From Trypanosoma brucei (Eukaryota), in assembly GCA_000002445.1 (NCBI GenBank), contig CP000067.1, forward strand, positions 96,001-160,000: a stretch of DNA of 64,000 nucleotides. The letters run 5' to 3'. Positions 32,072-42,320 of the stretch are shown one piece after another. The number at the start of each line of letters is the position of its first letter. Position 1 is the stretch's first letter. The notes below the pieces were generated by a model. That model had not been told where the DNA came from. It worked only from the letters and a program-made list of their open reading frames with translations, and searched no databases. A program made the translations under genes and the position numbers.

Positions 32072-32728
32072 TCATCGAATAATGGCTGTTTTCTCAAAGC
32101 AGAACCCCTCATACTCCCAATTTGTTTCTACTTCAAACGGCTTGCCAATCTCCACAGCGTCATTTGTCGCATCTGCAATTTGAAACTTGTTGATGGCGCG
32201 GCACTCCCGGTAGAAAAGAACACGAAGACAGTTTTTGATAACCTCCACCGCCTCCTCACGTGAGAGTCCACCAGGTTTTTCAAGCGCCTTCCGTAGTAGT
32301 GGAATTGCAATATATGCTCCATATCCCGTAGCCACGCAGTCATCCCTCCATTGCGTCCCCACACTGTCAATTCCACCAAGAAATGGAACTCCTCCTTGAC
32401 AACCACAGACAACAAAACTGCAAAGGCATGGCTCAAAATTGGAGCGTTTATGGTAAATATGCCGGTGGAGATAACAAAATATTTCATCAGGCCTAAGCAC
32501 ATCATTGATGTATCTCCGCTGTCGCTCCACATGACTCTCAAGTTGTTCAGTCATATCTTGAAAGTCAGCGTAGTCGCCAGTAGCACACACGGCGGTATGG
32601 GGGCCTATGATTTTAATACGCGGGATATTTGGCCATTTCGCAAGGGATCCATACGATAAAAGTGTGTCGCTAGCCAACAGGACACCACCGTTATATTTCA
32701 GACCAATAACAGATCCTCCAGATGCCAT
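32072..32728 (-). CDS. PSB7: 20S proteasome beta-7 subunit (orthologue of human PSMB4 / yeast Pre4), essentially without propeptide.
   Basis: Track start at 32740 is TTG; ATG at 32728 (MASGGSVIGLKYNGGVLLASD). Matches PSMB4: GSLAKWPNIPRI vs GSLARFRNISRI; ATGDYADFQ vs ASGDYADFQ; ATGYGAYIAIPLLRKALEK vs ATGYGAYLAQPLLREVLEK; CLRVLFYRECRAINKFQIADAT vs [22 protein letters not shown]; ETNW conserved. The gene symbol follows trypanosome PSB1-7 naming by orthology and is not certain. Confidence 0.85.
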   Translation of the reverse strand: MASGGSVIGLKYNGGVLLASDTLLSYGSLAKWPNIPRIKIIGPHTAVCATGDYADFQDMTEQLESHVERQRRYINDVLRPDEIFCYLHRHIYHKRSNFEPCLCSFVVCGCQGGVPFLGGIDSVGTQWRDDCVATGYGAYIAIPLLRKALEKPGGLSREEAVEVIKNCLRVLFYRECRAINKFQIADATNDAVEIGKPFEVETNWEYEGFCFEKTAIIR

Positions 32729-32773
32729 AATGGTGCGCAATAAAAAAGAGGATGTGAAGTGGTTTCTTTACAA

Positions 32774-32809
32774 ATATATATATATATATATTTGTGTGTG
32801 TGTGTGTGT
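32774..32809. repeat. Compound (AT)9(TG)9 microsatellite.
   Basis: caaatatatatatatatatatttgtgtgtgtgtgtgtgtcc, immediately upstream (on the transcribed strand) of the proteasome beta-7 gene. Confidence 0.9.
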
Positions 32810-33596
32810 CCGTGTGTCTTTGTTAGTTTGCTCACTTGTATTTCTGCCTCTCCTCCCTCTTTTTCTCTCTTACGGTGTATATGTGACCTGTTCGACAGAG
32901 CAGATGTCCCTAAACACAGTTGTTGTTGTTTTTTTGGTTTCGTTTGATCTGTGGCGCGGCACTAATATAAAAATTCAAGAGAGGTTTACAAAAAGTTTGT
33001 TCCCTTTTACTTCCTTTTCTTTTCCGGTTCTTCAACTACCTTTTAACTGAACCATATCAAATAACGGGAGGAAAAAGAGAAAAAAAGAATGAAGAAAGGA
33101 AGAAAATAAGAAACTCAGTGGCACCATCGATAATGTTAAAGATGATGCAGTTAAAGCATACGGAAGGAAGAGAGAACCAAAGCAGTTGTGTTGCTTCAAC
33201 CAATAAATCACAATAATAATGATGACCGAAACAGTGAAAAAAAAAAGAAGGATGAATAAATGAGTGAGTGAGTATGTGTTTGTGCATACGTAAGTGCACC
33301 TTCACACTACGCCATGACACAACAATTTACAACACGTCTCGCCCTATTCTAAAACTAAAGACACTCCTCCGACCCATCACCACACACGCGTGAGCTAAAA
33401 TTCTCCCTAAACATTCAGCATTTTCTCCTCCCCCTCCCCTACTTTTTATATTTTATGTGTTTCACCAGTCACACGAAAAAAAAAAGTAGGGGAGCAAATA
33501 TATATATATATCAACACCTACAAATGCTCATTCTCTTTCACTGACTAACGTTACGTAACAAAAATAGTTACAGCAATATCACAAAATACGAAAAAA

Positions 33597-33620
33597 AATG
33601 AATGAATGAATGAATGAATG
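33597..33620. repeat. (AATG)6 tetranucleotide repeat.
   Basis: aaaatgaatgaatgaatgaatgaatggataaatcaatcg. Confidence 0.9.
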
Positions 33621-33796
33621 GATAAATCAATCGACCACAATTGAAAGTTCCTCTTCCTTCATTTATTTTTTTTTCACTTCCCTGCATCCTCATATAAAAT
33701 TTCTTTTAAAAAAAAATTTACTGGCGTTGCGCTACCCACTACTTCACCTAACATGTTCCTAAACTCACACATTGTACTAAGTAATGTTGTAAACCA

Positions 33797-34135
33797 TTAT
33801 CGTCTATCCGGCTGAATATCGCTATCAAACTTCTCTCCCTCTAATATCATAAGTTCCTGCGCCTCCCGTCTCAAACGCATGCGTCGCAATGCCTCTTCAC
33901 GTGCCCAATCCATACGACTGTTTAATTTTGAATAATACGCCCACATGGCAAATTCAACACCCACAATTCCAATTCCAATATGCCAAATTTTTTCCCATAA
34001 TGGCCAGTCATCCCATTGGTAACGGAAAGTTGCACGAGGGGTATAAGGATACGGGTCACCATCACCCCATGCAAGACGCCGGAATTTGGAGCGACGAAAT
34101 GCCATTTTGGCCATTTTTTGGTTCCAACCAGTCAT
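33797..34135 (-). CDS. Small single-TM protein (112 aa), basic N-terminus; possibly a mitochondrial membrane-complex accessory subunit.
   Basis: ATG confirmed at 34135. One hydrophobic helix (IWHIGIGIVGVEFAMWAYY) flanked by W/R-rich segments. Non-repetitive, correct strand. Function is a guess. Confidence 0.4.
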   Translation of the reverse strand: MTGWNQKMAKMAFRRSKFRRLAWGDGDPYPYTPRATFRYQWDDWPLWEKIWHIGIGIVGVEFAMWAYYSKLNSRMDWAREEALRRMRLRREAQELMILEGEKFDSDIQPDRR

Positions 34136-34678
34136 TTTGCTCCTACGGTGGCTACATCATAATATTTATAAAAAAAAAATGTTCGTGGTCAAGTGCAAGT
34201 TACGCCAAAACATAAACACACACCAACAAACAAGAAAAAAAAGAAAAAAAAGAGAGAAAGATGTGTAGGAAAACAGAAGGAAGAGAAAAAAGTACAGTCA
34301 CGACAAAAACAATTACAAGAAAAAAGAGGGGGGAAAACACATGATAGAAATCGATAAGGGAGGGAAGAATGAGCACAATCACCTGTCCGACGTTTTTTCT
34401 TTTCTTCTTTTTTAATTTCTTTTTATTTTGTTATGGCTAGAAGATCTCACATATTCTTCCACGCCATACACCAGCAGTTCGTGGTGGATACCGTCCTTCT
34501 TTTCTCCACCTTACTTCACCTTTGTTCTACGAAGCACTCTTTTTTTTTCTATTCCTTTTTCCTTCTTGTTATCATTTTCCTTCATTTCAGTATAAGGAAA
34601 CTCAGCTAAATGATATAAAAAGAAAAGTTTTCGGAAGCGGCACCAGCTAAAATTATTTTATCTCATACGCAGCCAAAT

Positions 34679-34704
34679 ACACACACACAAACACACACAC
34701 ACAC
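34679..34704. repeat. (AC)n microsatellite with one interruption.
   Basis: aatacacacacacaaacacacacacacacattcc; a second (GT)n copy sits nearby at 34875-34895 (gtgtgtgtgtgtgtgtgt on minus, acacacac... in the 34663-34899 region). Confidence 0.8.
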
Positions 34705-35218
34705 ATTCCCACCCCCTTTTTTCTCCTTCTCAGCAGCCCAAAGACCAGCATACATCTGAGGAGCTTTAGCGACTTGTTTATCCTCACAGTAAGTAAAACA
34801 AAAAAGAAAAATGCCTTCCGTAGCGTGCCGTGTCAAACAAAAGAAAAAGAAAGGTAGAAAAAGAGGAATGATGAAAATCGACGACCTTAATACGAGCATT
34901 AGTTTCCTTTGCTTTTCCTTTTTCTTAGTATGATGAGGGTCCTATTTTTTTTTTTCTTGTTTGACTGTTTGTATATAAAGATATATATATATGTATGTAT
35001 TCGTAAGTTATTATTTTACCATTACTTTTTCTCTTCAACTCAGTTTTCCTCAAAACCTCCTCCTTCCCTCGACACACGGCATGCAAACGGAAACACACAC
35101 CTTTCAACTCATCTCGTTTCATCCATCACTCCACAAAAGCGACCCTCTAACAAATTCATTTATTACTATTATTATTTTTTTGCTTTTACAATGGAAGAAA
35201 AAAGAAAAAAGAAAACCC

Positions 35219-38200
35219 TCACGTACGATTTGCAAGTCCAGAGCAGTCCGCACCAAGAAACGCTATACGACAGACGGGACATATTTCGCCCTTATGTTTA
35301 GGCATAGCAGGGGAAAAGCAGTAACCACATCGAATGGGATCAACTGTTCCCTTGTACATTGGCCTATGAGAAACAGAACAAAGCACAAATGGATTGCGCT
35401 CGTCATAGTCCACAGGTTCAGCATCTGTTGGATTTCTCTCAGCTTCAGCAACAATTGCTGAAGCCTGTGCTGCCTTTTGCTTCGGTGGATCCTGATCCAA
35501 AAGCCTCCTCGCAACCGAAGCTGCTATCTTCAAATTCTTCAACTTGTAGGCTTTACTCATAGCTTGACCAAGGGCCAGAGCAAGATGATTCCGCTGAAGT
35601 TTGAAATGTGTAAAGTAGAGTGACAACTCTAGTGAAAGTTTCGAAGCACCATCAGTACTACGACAGTGTAGCTGTACATTAAGAGCACGCGCATACTCGG
35701 AGGCGGTAGTAACAATCTCTCGAAGAGTAGTAAATTGCTTCTCACCCCTGCAGGTGGTAAACACAGCTTGATGCAATGCGGTAACAAAATGGAGTTGGGC
35801 ATCCGCGAAGTGTCCTCCAACAAACGCAGAATAACCGGAACGCAACCGTTCAGTGAGCTGAGGAATATAATCTGGCAACAACGGAGAGTGAGACGCCGCC
35901 CCACGCTGCTCCTCAGAAGGATATGTTGTCAGAGGGAACATAGCGGACGGAATAAGCCAACTGGGCCGCGACGCATTGACTGTGGCCCACAGATCCAACA
36001 TATGAGTTTTGAGAGGAGCAGGATCCCCTAGTCCAATTTGGCGACGCAATAAACCAAGTGCCGTTGAAAAAGAACCAGCGGCGACGTGAAATGCCGGAAA
36101 TGAAGAGGTTTCAACCCAATGCTGCGTTAGCGGTGGGCGTTCGGTAGGCACAACGTAAGGCGCACCTTCGACTCCGCCCGCAGTCTGTTCTGCAGGAATC
36201 TCAATTTCGAGATCGTCACCCCAACCGTCACCTTCTGCAGCTTCACTGCCCTCAACCCCATCCAAACCGCCACTTCCGTCATCACTGTTAGGAAGCCCAT
36301 CAACATCATCCCACCCTGCACCGGCTTCAGCATATTCCTCTTCCTCAATCCCAACACCAGCACCACTCAGCAAGTTGGGTTCCCTCAGAAACCTGGAGAA
36401 AACAGATTCCTCCACCTGCAACATAGGCCAATTGTCGGTAACTGGTGTTACTGTCGGCGCCTCTAACCGTACTTTGACCTCTGTCTGCCGCATACGTTCT
36501 GCAACATCAGGATCCATTTTTTCGAGGAGCGAAGCTGCTAATTCATCCAACCCAGTTGATTTGGCGGCCACGTACGCCAGCGGAAGTTGTCCAGTATTAG
36601 TCAATGTCTTAACGCGCTGATGAGCATCGTCGAGATACATACCGTAGTGAAGACCGAAGTTCTCATCCCTTACCGTGTTAACCATGTGATCTAAAGCAGA
36701 CATGTTTCCAGTTATGAGAGACAAGAAACTTGCACCATGAAAGTTTCCTGTCTTTGTGTGAGCCAAGAGTGCAAGATGAATATCCCCATATGAGGTTGCC
36801 GCCTCTGCAAGCCTTCTCCACAATGCGGGTTGGTTTAGTTCCAGTGCTGCTGTCTTTGCGACATCCATGGCGCCGCACTCTACCGCTAAGTTGAACCTAG
36901 TTAAGGGGTCTGAGACGAGATACAGCGCAACCTCGTCGTGGCCATGTTTGTGTAGGTAACCAACAAGCGCCTGTCCCCTGAGTTGTTTTTGGCGTATAAT
37001 TTTAATAACATCCCTGTAGGCCTGCTGCTGCAACTTTAGTTTAAAATTAAGTTCCGGATTGTTCAGCTCCATTACAACAACTTTTCCATTGCGGGAAAGC
37101 GCCCAGACCGTATCACCACTCGCACGAACAAGATAAATCGGGGAAGGGAGACACTGAATGATACCGCACTCCCCGTTGCGCAAGTTACAATACTTGAGGT
37201 GGTCACTCGTAGTGTAATAAAGGATATTTCTTTGCTCATCAAATGCCGCGCTCTTAATCCTTATTGATGGTTCCGAAAAAAAGGTAATGCTCCTCAAGCG
37301 CCTTGTCATGACGTGAACGGTGGTAATACCCAAAAACGCCACCTTCGTAAAGTCTTTGTCCCATACAACATATTTAGTCTCCGTTATTGGAACCTCTGCG
37401 GCCACACTCTGCTGAGCCACGTGAAACAACTCCATACCCTCCTCGGTCTGACGTAAAATATATCCTGCAGGCCCTGGAAAGAGGGCCTTTAAATTTTTTT
37501 CGTGCTTAATCACTTTTTCACCATCGCCGTGTGCATTACACAGAATTATATTTTTATTCTTGTCGAGGAACGCGCATTTATTAGGGGCATAAAACAAAGC
37601 GGCAAGAATACCGAGGCGCTTCTTCACATCTGCATCGACTGTACAGCCTGGTTTGGGAATTGTCAAGGTTGATGCACACCCACCATCCTTGTCGTAAAAA
37701 ACAACAGCCATGTTATCCACTGGGTTGCAAGAAAGGGTGAGAGGTGGGTGTAAGTTTCGTGAGAGACTGAACTTGGATTCTGTCTTTGACTCCATGTTAT
37801 ATGAATGGAGCACGTTCCCGTGGACGTAGTGTAGCACGTTACCATTCATAGTCGACGCAGGACGTTCGCGGAAAAGCTTAAATACGTGCACACCGGAGTC
37901 GTGACCAGCAGCAAGAAGGTTCTTTTCTAGTAACGCCGCTAGCATCCAGTAACGGTCAGACTCGCGGCGAAAAAGCATGACTGAGCAACGTGTTTTCACG
38001 TCCCAAACACGGATTGTTCGATCCTCACCGTTTGACACGAGATAATCCTTAGTGTACACAACGCAACTCACATTGTTGGTGTGCCCCCGCAGTTGTACCT
38101 CCTCAGTGCAGGTGGTACTACTAATTCGCCAGACGCGGACGGTGCGGTCGTCTGAGGCCGATGCAATAAGTGGCTGAGTGGGATGAAAGCAAACCCAGTT

Positions 38201-38797
38201 AACGCCTTTATCGTGGCCCTCTAATGAATATTTAAGACCCACATCACTGGTTCCGAGCAGATCTTGAGCAATTCCCGGCTGTTGCTTTCGGACCCGCAAA
38301 CTGGAGATGTCCCACACTCGAATTGTCCTGTCAAGACTCGCTGATACCACAATGTCATCCCGAGGGTGAAATCGAGCACACATAACGTAGTGCGTATGCC
38401 CAGGAAGACAAGCCAAACTGCTTCGGTTCTGCCAATTCCAAATGCGGACGGTGAAATCGTCGGAGGAGGAAACAATCCATGGTTGCTCATGGTGGAAAAA
38501 AGTTGATCGAACATAGTCCATATGCCCCTTTAAAGTAAAGAGGGAACGGCGCGCCTTGTAGTTCCAAACCTTCACCAAGTAGTCATCACCTCCAGAAACA
38601 AATAGAGGTTGCGTATCATGAAAGTCTACACCACGTACCGCACCGCTATGTTCATCATACTTATCAACGCTCGTGTTCACGCGGTAGTCCCAAATTTGCA
38701 CGGTTCCGTTGTGCAGTCCGCAAAGCACCCACGGCCGCGTTTTGTGGAAACTTATCCCTTTCACACGACTGGAGCGAACATCAAATCTCGTCAGCAT
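35219..38797 (-). CDS. COPA: Coatomer (COPI) alpha subunit.
   Basis: ATG confirmed at 38797. The N-terminal WD40 propeller is collinear with alpha-COP (MLTRFDVRSSRVKGISFHKTRPWVLCGLHNGTVQIWDYR... vs [39 protein letters not shown]). Central coatomer WD-associated region and the alpha-COP C-terminal domain present. 1192 aa. Confidence 0.95.
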   Translation of the reverse strand: MLTRFDVRSSRVKGISFHKTRPWVLCGLHNGTVQIWDYRVNTSVDKYDEHSGAVRGVDFHDTQPLFVSGGDDYLVKVWNYKARRSLFTLKGHMDYVRSTFFHHEQPWIVSSSDDFTVRIWNWQNRSSLACLPGHTHYVMCARFHPRDDIVVSASLDRTIRVWDISSLRVRKQQPGIAQDLLGTSDVGLKYSLEGHDKGVNWVCFHPTQPLIASASDDRTVRVWRISSTTCTEEVQLRGHTNNVSCVVYTKDYLVSNGEDRTIRVWDVKTRCSVMLFRRESDRYWMLAALLEKNLLAAGHDSGVHVFKLFRERPASTMNGNVLHYVHGNVLHSYNMESKTESKFSLSRNLHPPLTLSCNPVDNMAVVFYDKDGGCASTLTIPKPGCTVDADVKKRLGILAALFYAPNKCAFLDKNKNIILCNAHGDGEKVIKHEKNLKALFPGPAGYILRQTEEGMELFHVAQQSVAAEVPITETKYVVWDKDFTKVAFLGITTVHVMTRRLRSITFFSEPSIRIKSAAFDEQRNILYYTTSDHLKYCNLRNGECGIIQCLPSPIYLVRASGDTVWALSRNGKVVVMELNNPELNFKLKLQQQAYRDVIKIIRQKQLRGQALVGYLHKHGHDEVALYLVSDPLTRFNLAVECGAMDVAKTAALELNQPALWRRLAEAATSYGDIHLALLAHTKTGNFHGASFLSLITGNMSALDHMVNTVRDENFGLHYGMYLDDAHQRVKTLTNTGQLPLAYVAAKSTGLDELAASLLEKMDPDVAERMRQTEVKVRLEAPTVTPVTDNWPMLQVEESVFSRFLREPNLLSGAGVGIEEEEYAEAGAGWDDVDGLPNSDDGSGGLDGVEGSEAAEGDGWGDDLEIEIPAEQTAGGVEGAPYVVPTERPPLTQHWVETSSFPAFHVAAGSFSTALGLLRRQIGLGDPAPLKTHMLDLWATVNASRPSWLIPSAMFPLTTYPSEEQRGAASHSPLLPDYIPQLTERLRSGYSAFVGGHFADAQLHFVTALHQAVFTTCRGEKQFTTLREIVTTASEYARALNVQLHCRSTDGASKLSLELSLYFTHFKLQRNHLALALGQAMSKAYKLKNLKIAASVARRLLDQDPPKQKAAQASAIVAEAERNPTDAEPVDYDERNPFVLCSVSHRPMYKGTVDPIRCGYCFSPAMPKHKGEICPVCRIAFLGADCSGLANRT

Positions 38798-39155
38798 TAC
38801 TACAATATTTGGTTAAATGCTAATCTTCAGTGCAAAATCGAAAGCGTAATTTAAAAATATATATTTTTGTTTTGAAACAAAAAGGCGGAGGGAGTGTGAA
38901 GGTAAGAAATTAAAACCGAACGCTATTAGGGTAGCGGTGGAAAACCAAATCAATGGAAATGATGGTTTTAATGAGGAACGCCACGGTCAAAGTGCTTATA
39001 CTTCATCCCTCACAAATCTCACAACTTGCAAAAGTTTTGGAACTCGACCGAAAGGAGTCACCGAAGTGCGGCACGTCGGCTTCTGATACATTTAACGGCA
39101 AGACCAAACGACAAACCGGCACATATATGGCTCTGCACACACCTGAACGTAAATA

Positions 39156-40127
39156 TCATTCGTTAAGGAACTCACACCTGTCAGGGTACACCTGTCTTAC
39201 GTTAATATTGACACGCAAATGACGCATCTGCTCCCTCCAGTAAAATTCTCCTTCTTCCTCCTCCGTTTCATTCTGTGGGCACAAGTACTGCGGACAATCG
39301 TCCATAATGCGTGGTACGCCGTGGTAAGCTGTTCGGGAGGCACCGCTCACGACAATAACATCGCCACTACGGAGCCAAAAGGCACACGGCGTATCGTCAC
39401 GAGACTCGGTCCCCATGAGAAAAACACATGAGCATCCCAGAGAAATACTAATGAGCGGCTGTTGCAGCACTTCTTCACTCACATCCTGGTGAGCCATCAT
39501 CATAGCCCCTACCGGGAAGTAGTTGACAATCGAAGTTTGTGGCTCGTAAGGCTGTGAAACGTTACAAAGGCGGGCAATTCGTTCAACACATTTTCGAAGC
39601 CGCCGGGGAAAATGCGAATACTTCTCCTTGCAGTATGATTTAGATGACCATTGATAACTAAACCCCACCGTCGCCCAACGCATTGGTGGTTCATAACGTG
39701 TTGTTTCCCTTGGCTCGCTCGCATGGGTCGAGAGGTGATTGGGGTGCCGCCGAGAATCGCCGTATTCCAGTAAGGCAGCGCGGCAAAATTCCTGCTGCTC
39801 CGCATCCGTGAGAAAATTCGGGAACACCTCCATTCCGGGGACGCCGGCAAATGTGCAACACTTCACGAGCCGGTCATCCTCATGGCACTCCCTGGTGGAA
39901 ATACACGCCAGGTTTGCTGCTGTGTTCGCCTCAAGATTGCGAAAATCAACAACATCGCTAAAGTCCGTTTCAGGAACTTGTAAGCGCCGTGATGTCCGGC
40001 GGTCGTAACGGTAAAGTTTGTAGCGCTTCTCCACTTGTCTAAACGCCGTCAACGGCAACAATTCCCCCTGACTGTAGCCATCGTCTTGCGCGTGTTTCTG
40101 ACATTCGCAGCGCACGGGGTCTTCCAT
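39156..40127 (-). CDS. AlkB-family Fe(II)/2-oxoglutarate-dependent dioxygenase (ALKBH1-like), 324 aa from ATG.
   Basis: The track ORF's first 31 codons (IPLHFNHFHFFLFF...) translate the pyrimidine tract; ATG confirmed at 40127 (MEDPVRCEC). HxD...H...R arrangement: VNYFPVGAMMMAHQDVSE, LRSGDVIVVSGASRTAYHGVPRI (cf. ALKBH1 ...GDIMIMSGFSRLLNHAVPRV). Confidence 0.6.
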   Translation of the reverse strand: MEDPVRCECQKHAQDDGYSQGELLPLTAFRQVEKRYKLYRYDRRTSRRLQVPETDFSDVVDFRNLEANTAANLACISTRECHEDDRLVKCCTFAGVPGMEVFPNFLTDAEQQEFCRAALLEYGDSRRHPNHLSTHASEPRETTRYEPPMRWATVGFSYQWSSKSYCKEKYSHFPRRLRKCVERIARLCNVSQPYEPQTSIVNYFPVGAMMMAHQDVSEEVLQQPLISISLGCSCVFLMGTESRDDTPCAFWLRSGDVIVVSGASRTAYHGVPRIMDDCPQYLCPQNETEEEEGEFYWREQMRHLRVNINVRQVYPDRCEFLNE

Positions 40128-41455
40128 TGGGGAACCGACGAAGAGCCAAAAACAACTGAGGGAAAAGAAAAGAAAAAAATGAAAGTGGTTAAAGTGAAGT
40201 GGAATTAGTGCGGCACCCACTCAATGATATTCGCCGTAGTGCGTGGTATTGGAGCGTATTTTAAGTGCTAAATTGGAACATCAACGGCTAGTTAAAATAA
40301 TAAAGCAAACAGAATAAATTAAATAAAAGGTGGAGCAAAGGGATCCATATACAACTCCGAATTGAGAAGCCCACTTCTACTTGTGAAAAATAAGGGCACA
40401 GGCAGCGCAATCCCACACATGAACGCGGAACTTCAAAAAATAAATAATAAAGACCATCAACTACCTTAGTTGGAGACAAGTTAAATTTTTTTCCTTTTAG
40501 AGAGAAAAAGGAAGGCACGGACACGCATACACCACTGGCAACGCATGGTGGTAAACAGCACCACCGGCACCTTTTGTGACGAAGAGCCCAAATTTATTAT
40601 TATTGTTCCCCACATCCAAGACAGCACACCAGCAAATAGAAAAAAGAGATACAGCACTATCAACAGCGGCATGTCAGTAGAGATCGAAAATGACAGGCAA
40701 AGCCCTACGGTTCTCGTCGTTTTATGGGAGTTTCGAGGTGTTGTAGTGATGCTCGTAACCATCGGCCTGTAAGCAACTCGGAAGCTATCAATGGAGGTCC
40801 GCATTGTTTCAATCCCTCACGAAACCTCGAATATGCGGAAAATAACCCCAGAAACAATGCGGTGTTCATTCAGGAGGTGGGGGTGGACGAACATCAAATA
40901 TGAATGGCATCTCACAGCTACGAGGATATGAAGCATCAACTGTCCAAGTGAAATCAAGTAGTGAGAAAATCAGTTTTTTTAGAAGCGACTCGGAATGCCA
41001 CAGCGATAATCCCTCGACAGCTAGCGTTACTGGAGGAGGGAAATGGATCCAAACACAACCAAGAAGAAATAAATTAAATGTTATGTTTCACATTGTTCTT
41101 GTTGAGGGATGCGTTCTTGAATGAGAGATGCAGAAAGTGGGAAAATAAGTGCAAACCATGAAACAACAATGAATGGGACACAACCGAAACAGCAAGAGCC
41201 AACAAAAAACGTAGCAAAGGAAATAAATTCCTTTCTCGTGTTTTACGGTGAAACTTATTAGAACAGATTCTCACTCGCCGTTTAACATTAAGCGGCTTTT
41301 CTCGTTCCCTTTTATGTCTCTTCGTTTCCTTCATTTTCCTTTTCTTCTTGTGTTACACCCTTTCCTCTCCGTTTACTTGCGCGTCGTTAGCCGAAGTTAC
41401 TACCGATCATGGGTGGCGCAAATAGGTTAAAAGACACCCATCAGCTCCAACTGCA

Positions 41456-42145
41456 TCAAAAACCACGCCCGCGGCCACCAAATCCCCCGCGGCCGCCGCG
41501 ACCGCCACCACCGCCACCAAAGTTTCTGTAGCCGCCTCCGTCTCCTCCTCTGCCGAAACCACCCCGGCCGCCACCACCACCACCACCTCCTCCTCCAAAA
41601 CTCCCGCGACCACCGCGACCGAAGCTTCCGCGTCCACCGCGATCACCGCCCCTTCCGCCACGACCGCCACCCCGCCCGCCGCGGCCGCGTGGCTTCGGTG
41701 GATCAGTGAACATACGCAGAGGACTTATCTGTGTAGGGGATATATATATCGTATCTCCTGCGCTAATGGATTCTGCTTGTATGCCCGGTACCGTTTTGAC
41801 TGAAAACATTACATCGCTCGTGTTGCCCAATATTTCCTCGATCTTACCAATCTTGGCCTTGTTGGCACCATAAACAAATGCGTTGAAACGTGGTACAGAG
41901 TCACTCGCTGTCACTTTGTAGACGAGGTCGCCCTCCGAAGCGGTGAGCAATGTTCCGATGGGTACAATTTGCTCTGGTGGGTCCGGCTCCATGGAACGGC
42001 CACCGCCACCACCTCCTCCTCGACCACCGCCACCGCGTCCACCGCCAAAGCCACCGCCGAAGCCGCCGCCTCGACCACCACCTCCCCGACCACCGCCAAA
42101 GCCACCGCCCCGGCTGCCTCCAAAACCGCCTCCTCCCCGTGCCAT
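41456..42145 (-). CDS. GAR1: H/ACA snoRNP protein GAR1 (core domain flanked by two glycine/arginine-rich domains).
   Basis: ATG confirmed at 42145. Core IGTLLTASEGDLVYKVTASDSVPRFNAFVYGANKAKIGKIEEILGNTSDVMFSVK vs yeast/human GAR1 [53 protein letters not shown]. N- and C-terminal (GGR/FGG)n domains. Confidence 0.9.
   Translation of the reverse strand: MARGGGGFGGSRGGGFGGGRGGGGRGGGFGGGFGGGRGGGGRGGGGGGGRSMEPDPPEQIVPIGTLLTASEGDLVYKVTASDSVPRFNAFVYGANKAKIGKIEEILGNTSDVMFSVKTVPGIQAESISAGDTIYISPTQISPLRMFTDPPKPRGRGGRGGGRGGRGGDRGGRGSFGRGGRGSFGGGGGGGGGGRGGFGRGGDGGGYRNFGGGGGGRGGRGGFGGRGRGF
41459..41690 (-). repeat. Imperfect GGN/CGN triplet repeat encoding the C-terminal GAR domain of GAR1 (plus strand reads ccgcc/accgc repeats).
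   Basis: Visible as ...ccgcggccaccaaatcccccgcggccgccgcgaccgccaccaccgccaccaaag.... This produces spurious proline-rich and arginine-rich ORFs in other frames of the track. Confidence 0.7.
41993..42145 (-). repeat. Imperfect GGN/CGN triplet repeat encoding the N-terminal GAR domain of GAR1.
   Basis: Plus strand ...ccaccgccaccacctcctcctcgaccaccgccaccgcgtccaccgccaaagccaccgccgaagccgccgcc.... Confidence 0.7.
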
Positions 42146-42320
42146 AACTTACCTGCCGGAGTGTTCCTTTCTCTTCTCTTAATAACAAAACAAAAAAAGA
42201 AAAAGAAATATACTGAGAGAGGTATGACAGAAGACAACGATAAGGAGCAGTTGCAGAAGGTAAGCAAACAAACGAATGTTAGGGTGCATGTGCGTGCAAG
42301 CAAAGACATCAGATATGCAC

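Noticed and set aside
40481-40804. 107-aa minus-strand ORF between the AlkB-like gene and GAR1
   Set aside because: It is on the transcribed strand, but it has no recognisable features and its start is not a verified ATG. Its existence would break the otherwise exact one-gene-per-slot pattern that I recall for this locus. Most likely part of the GAR1 3' UTR. Low-probability small ORF.
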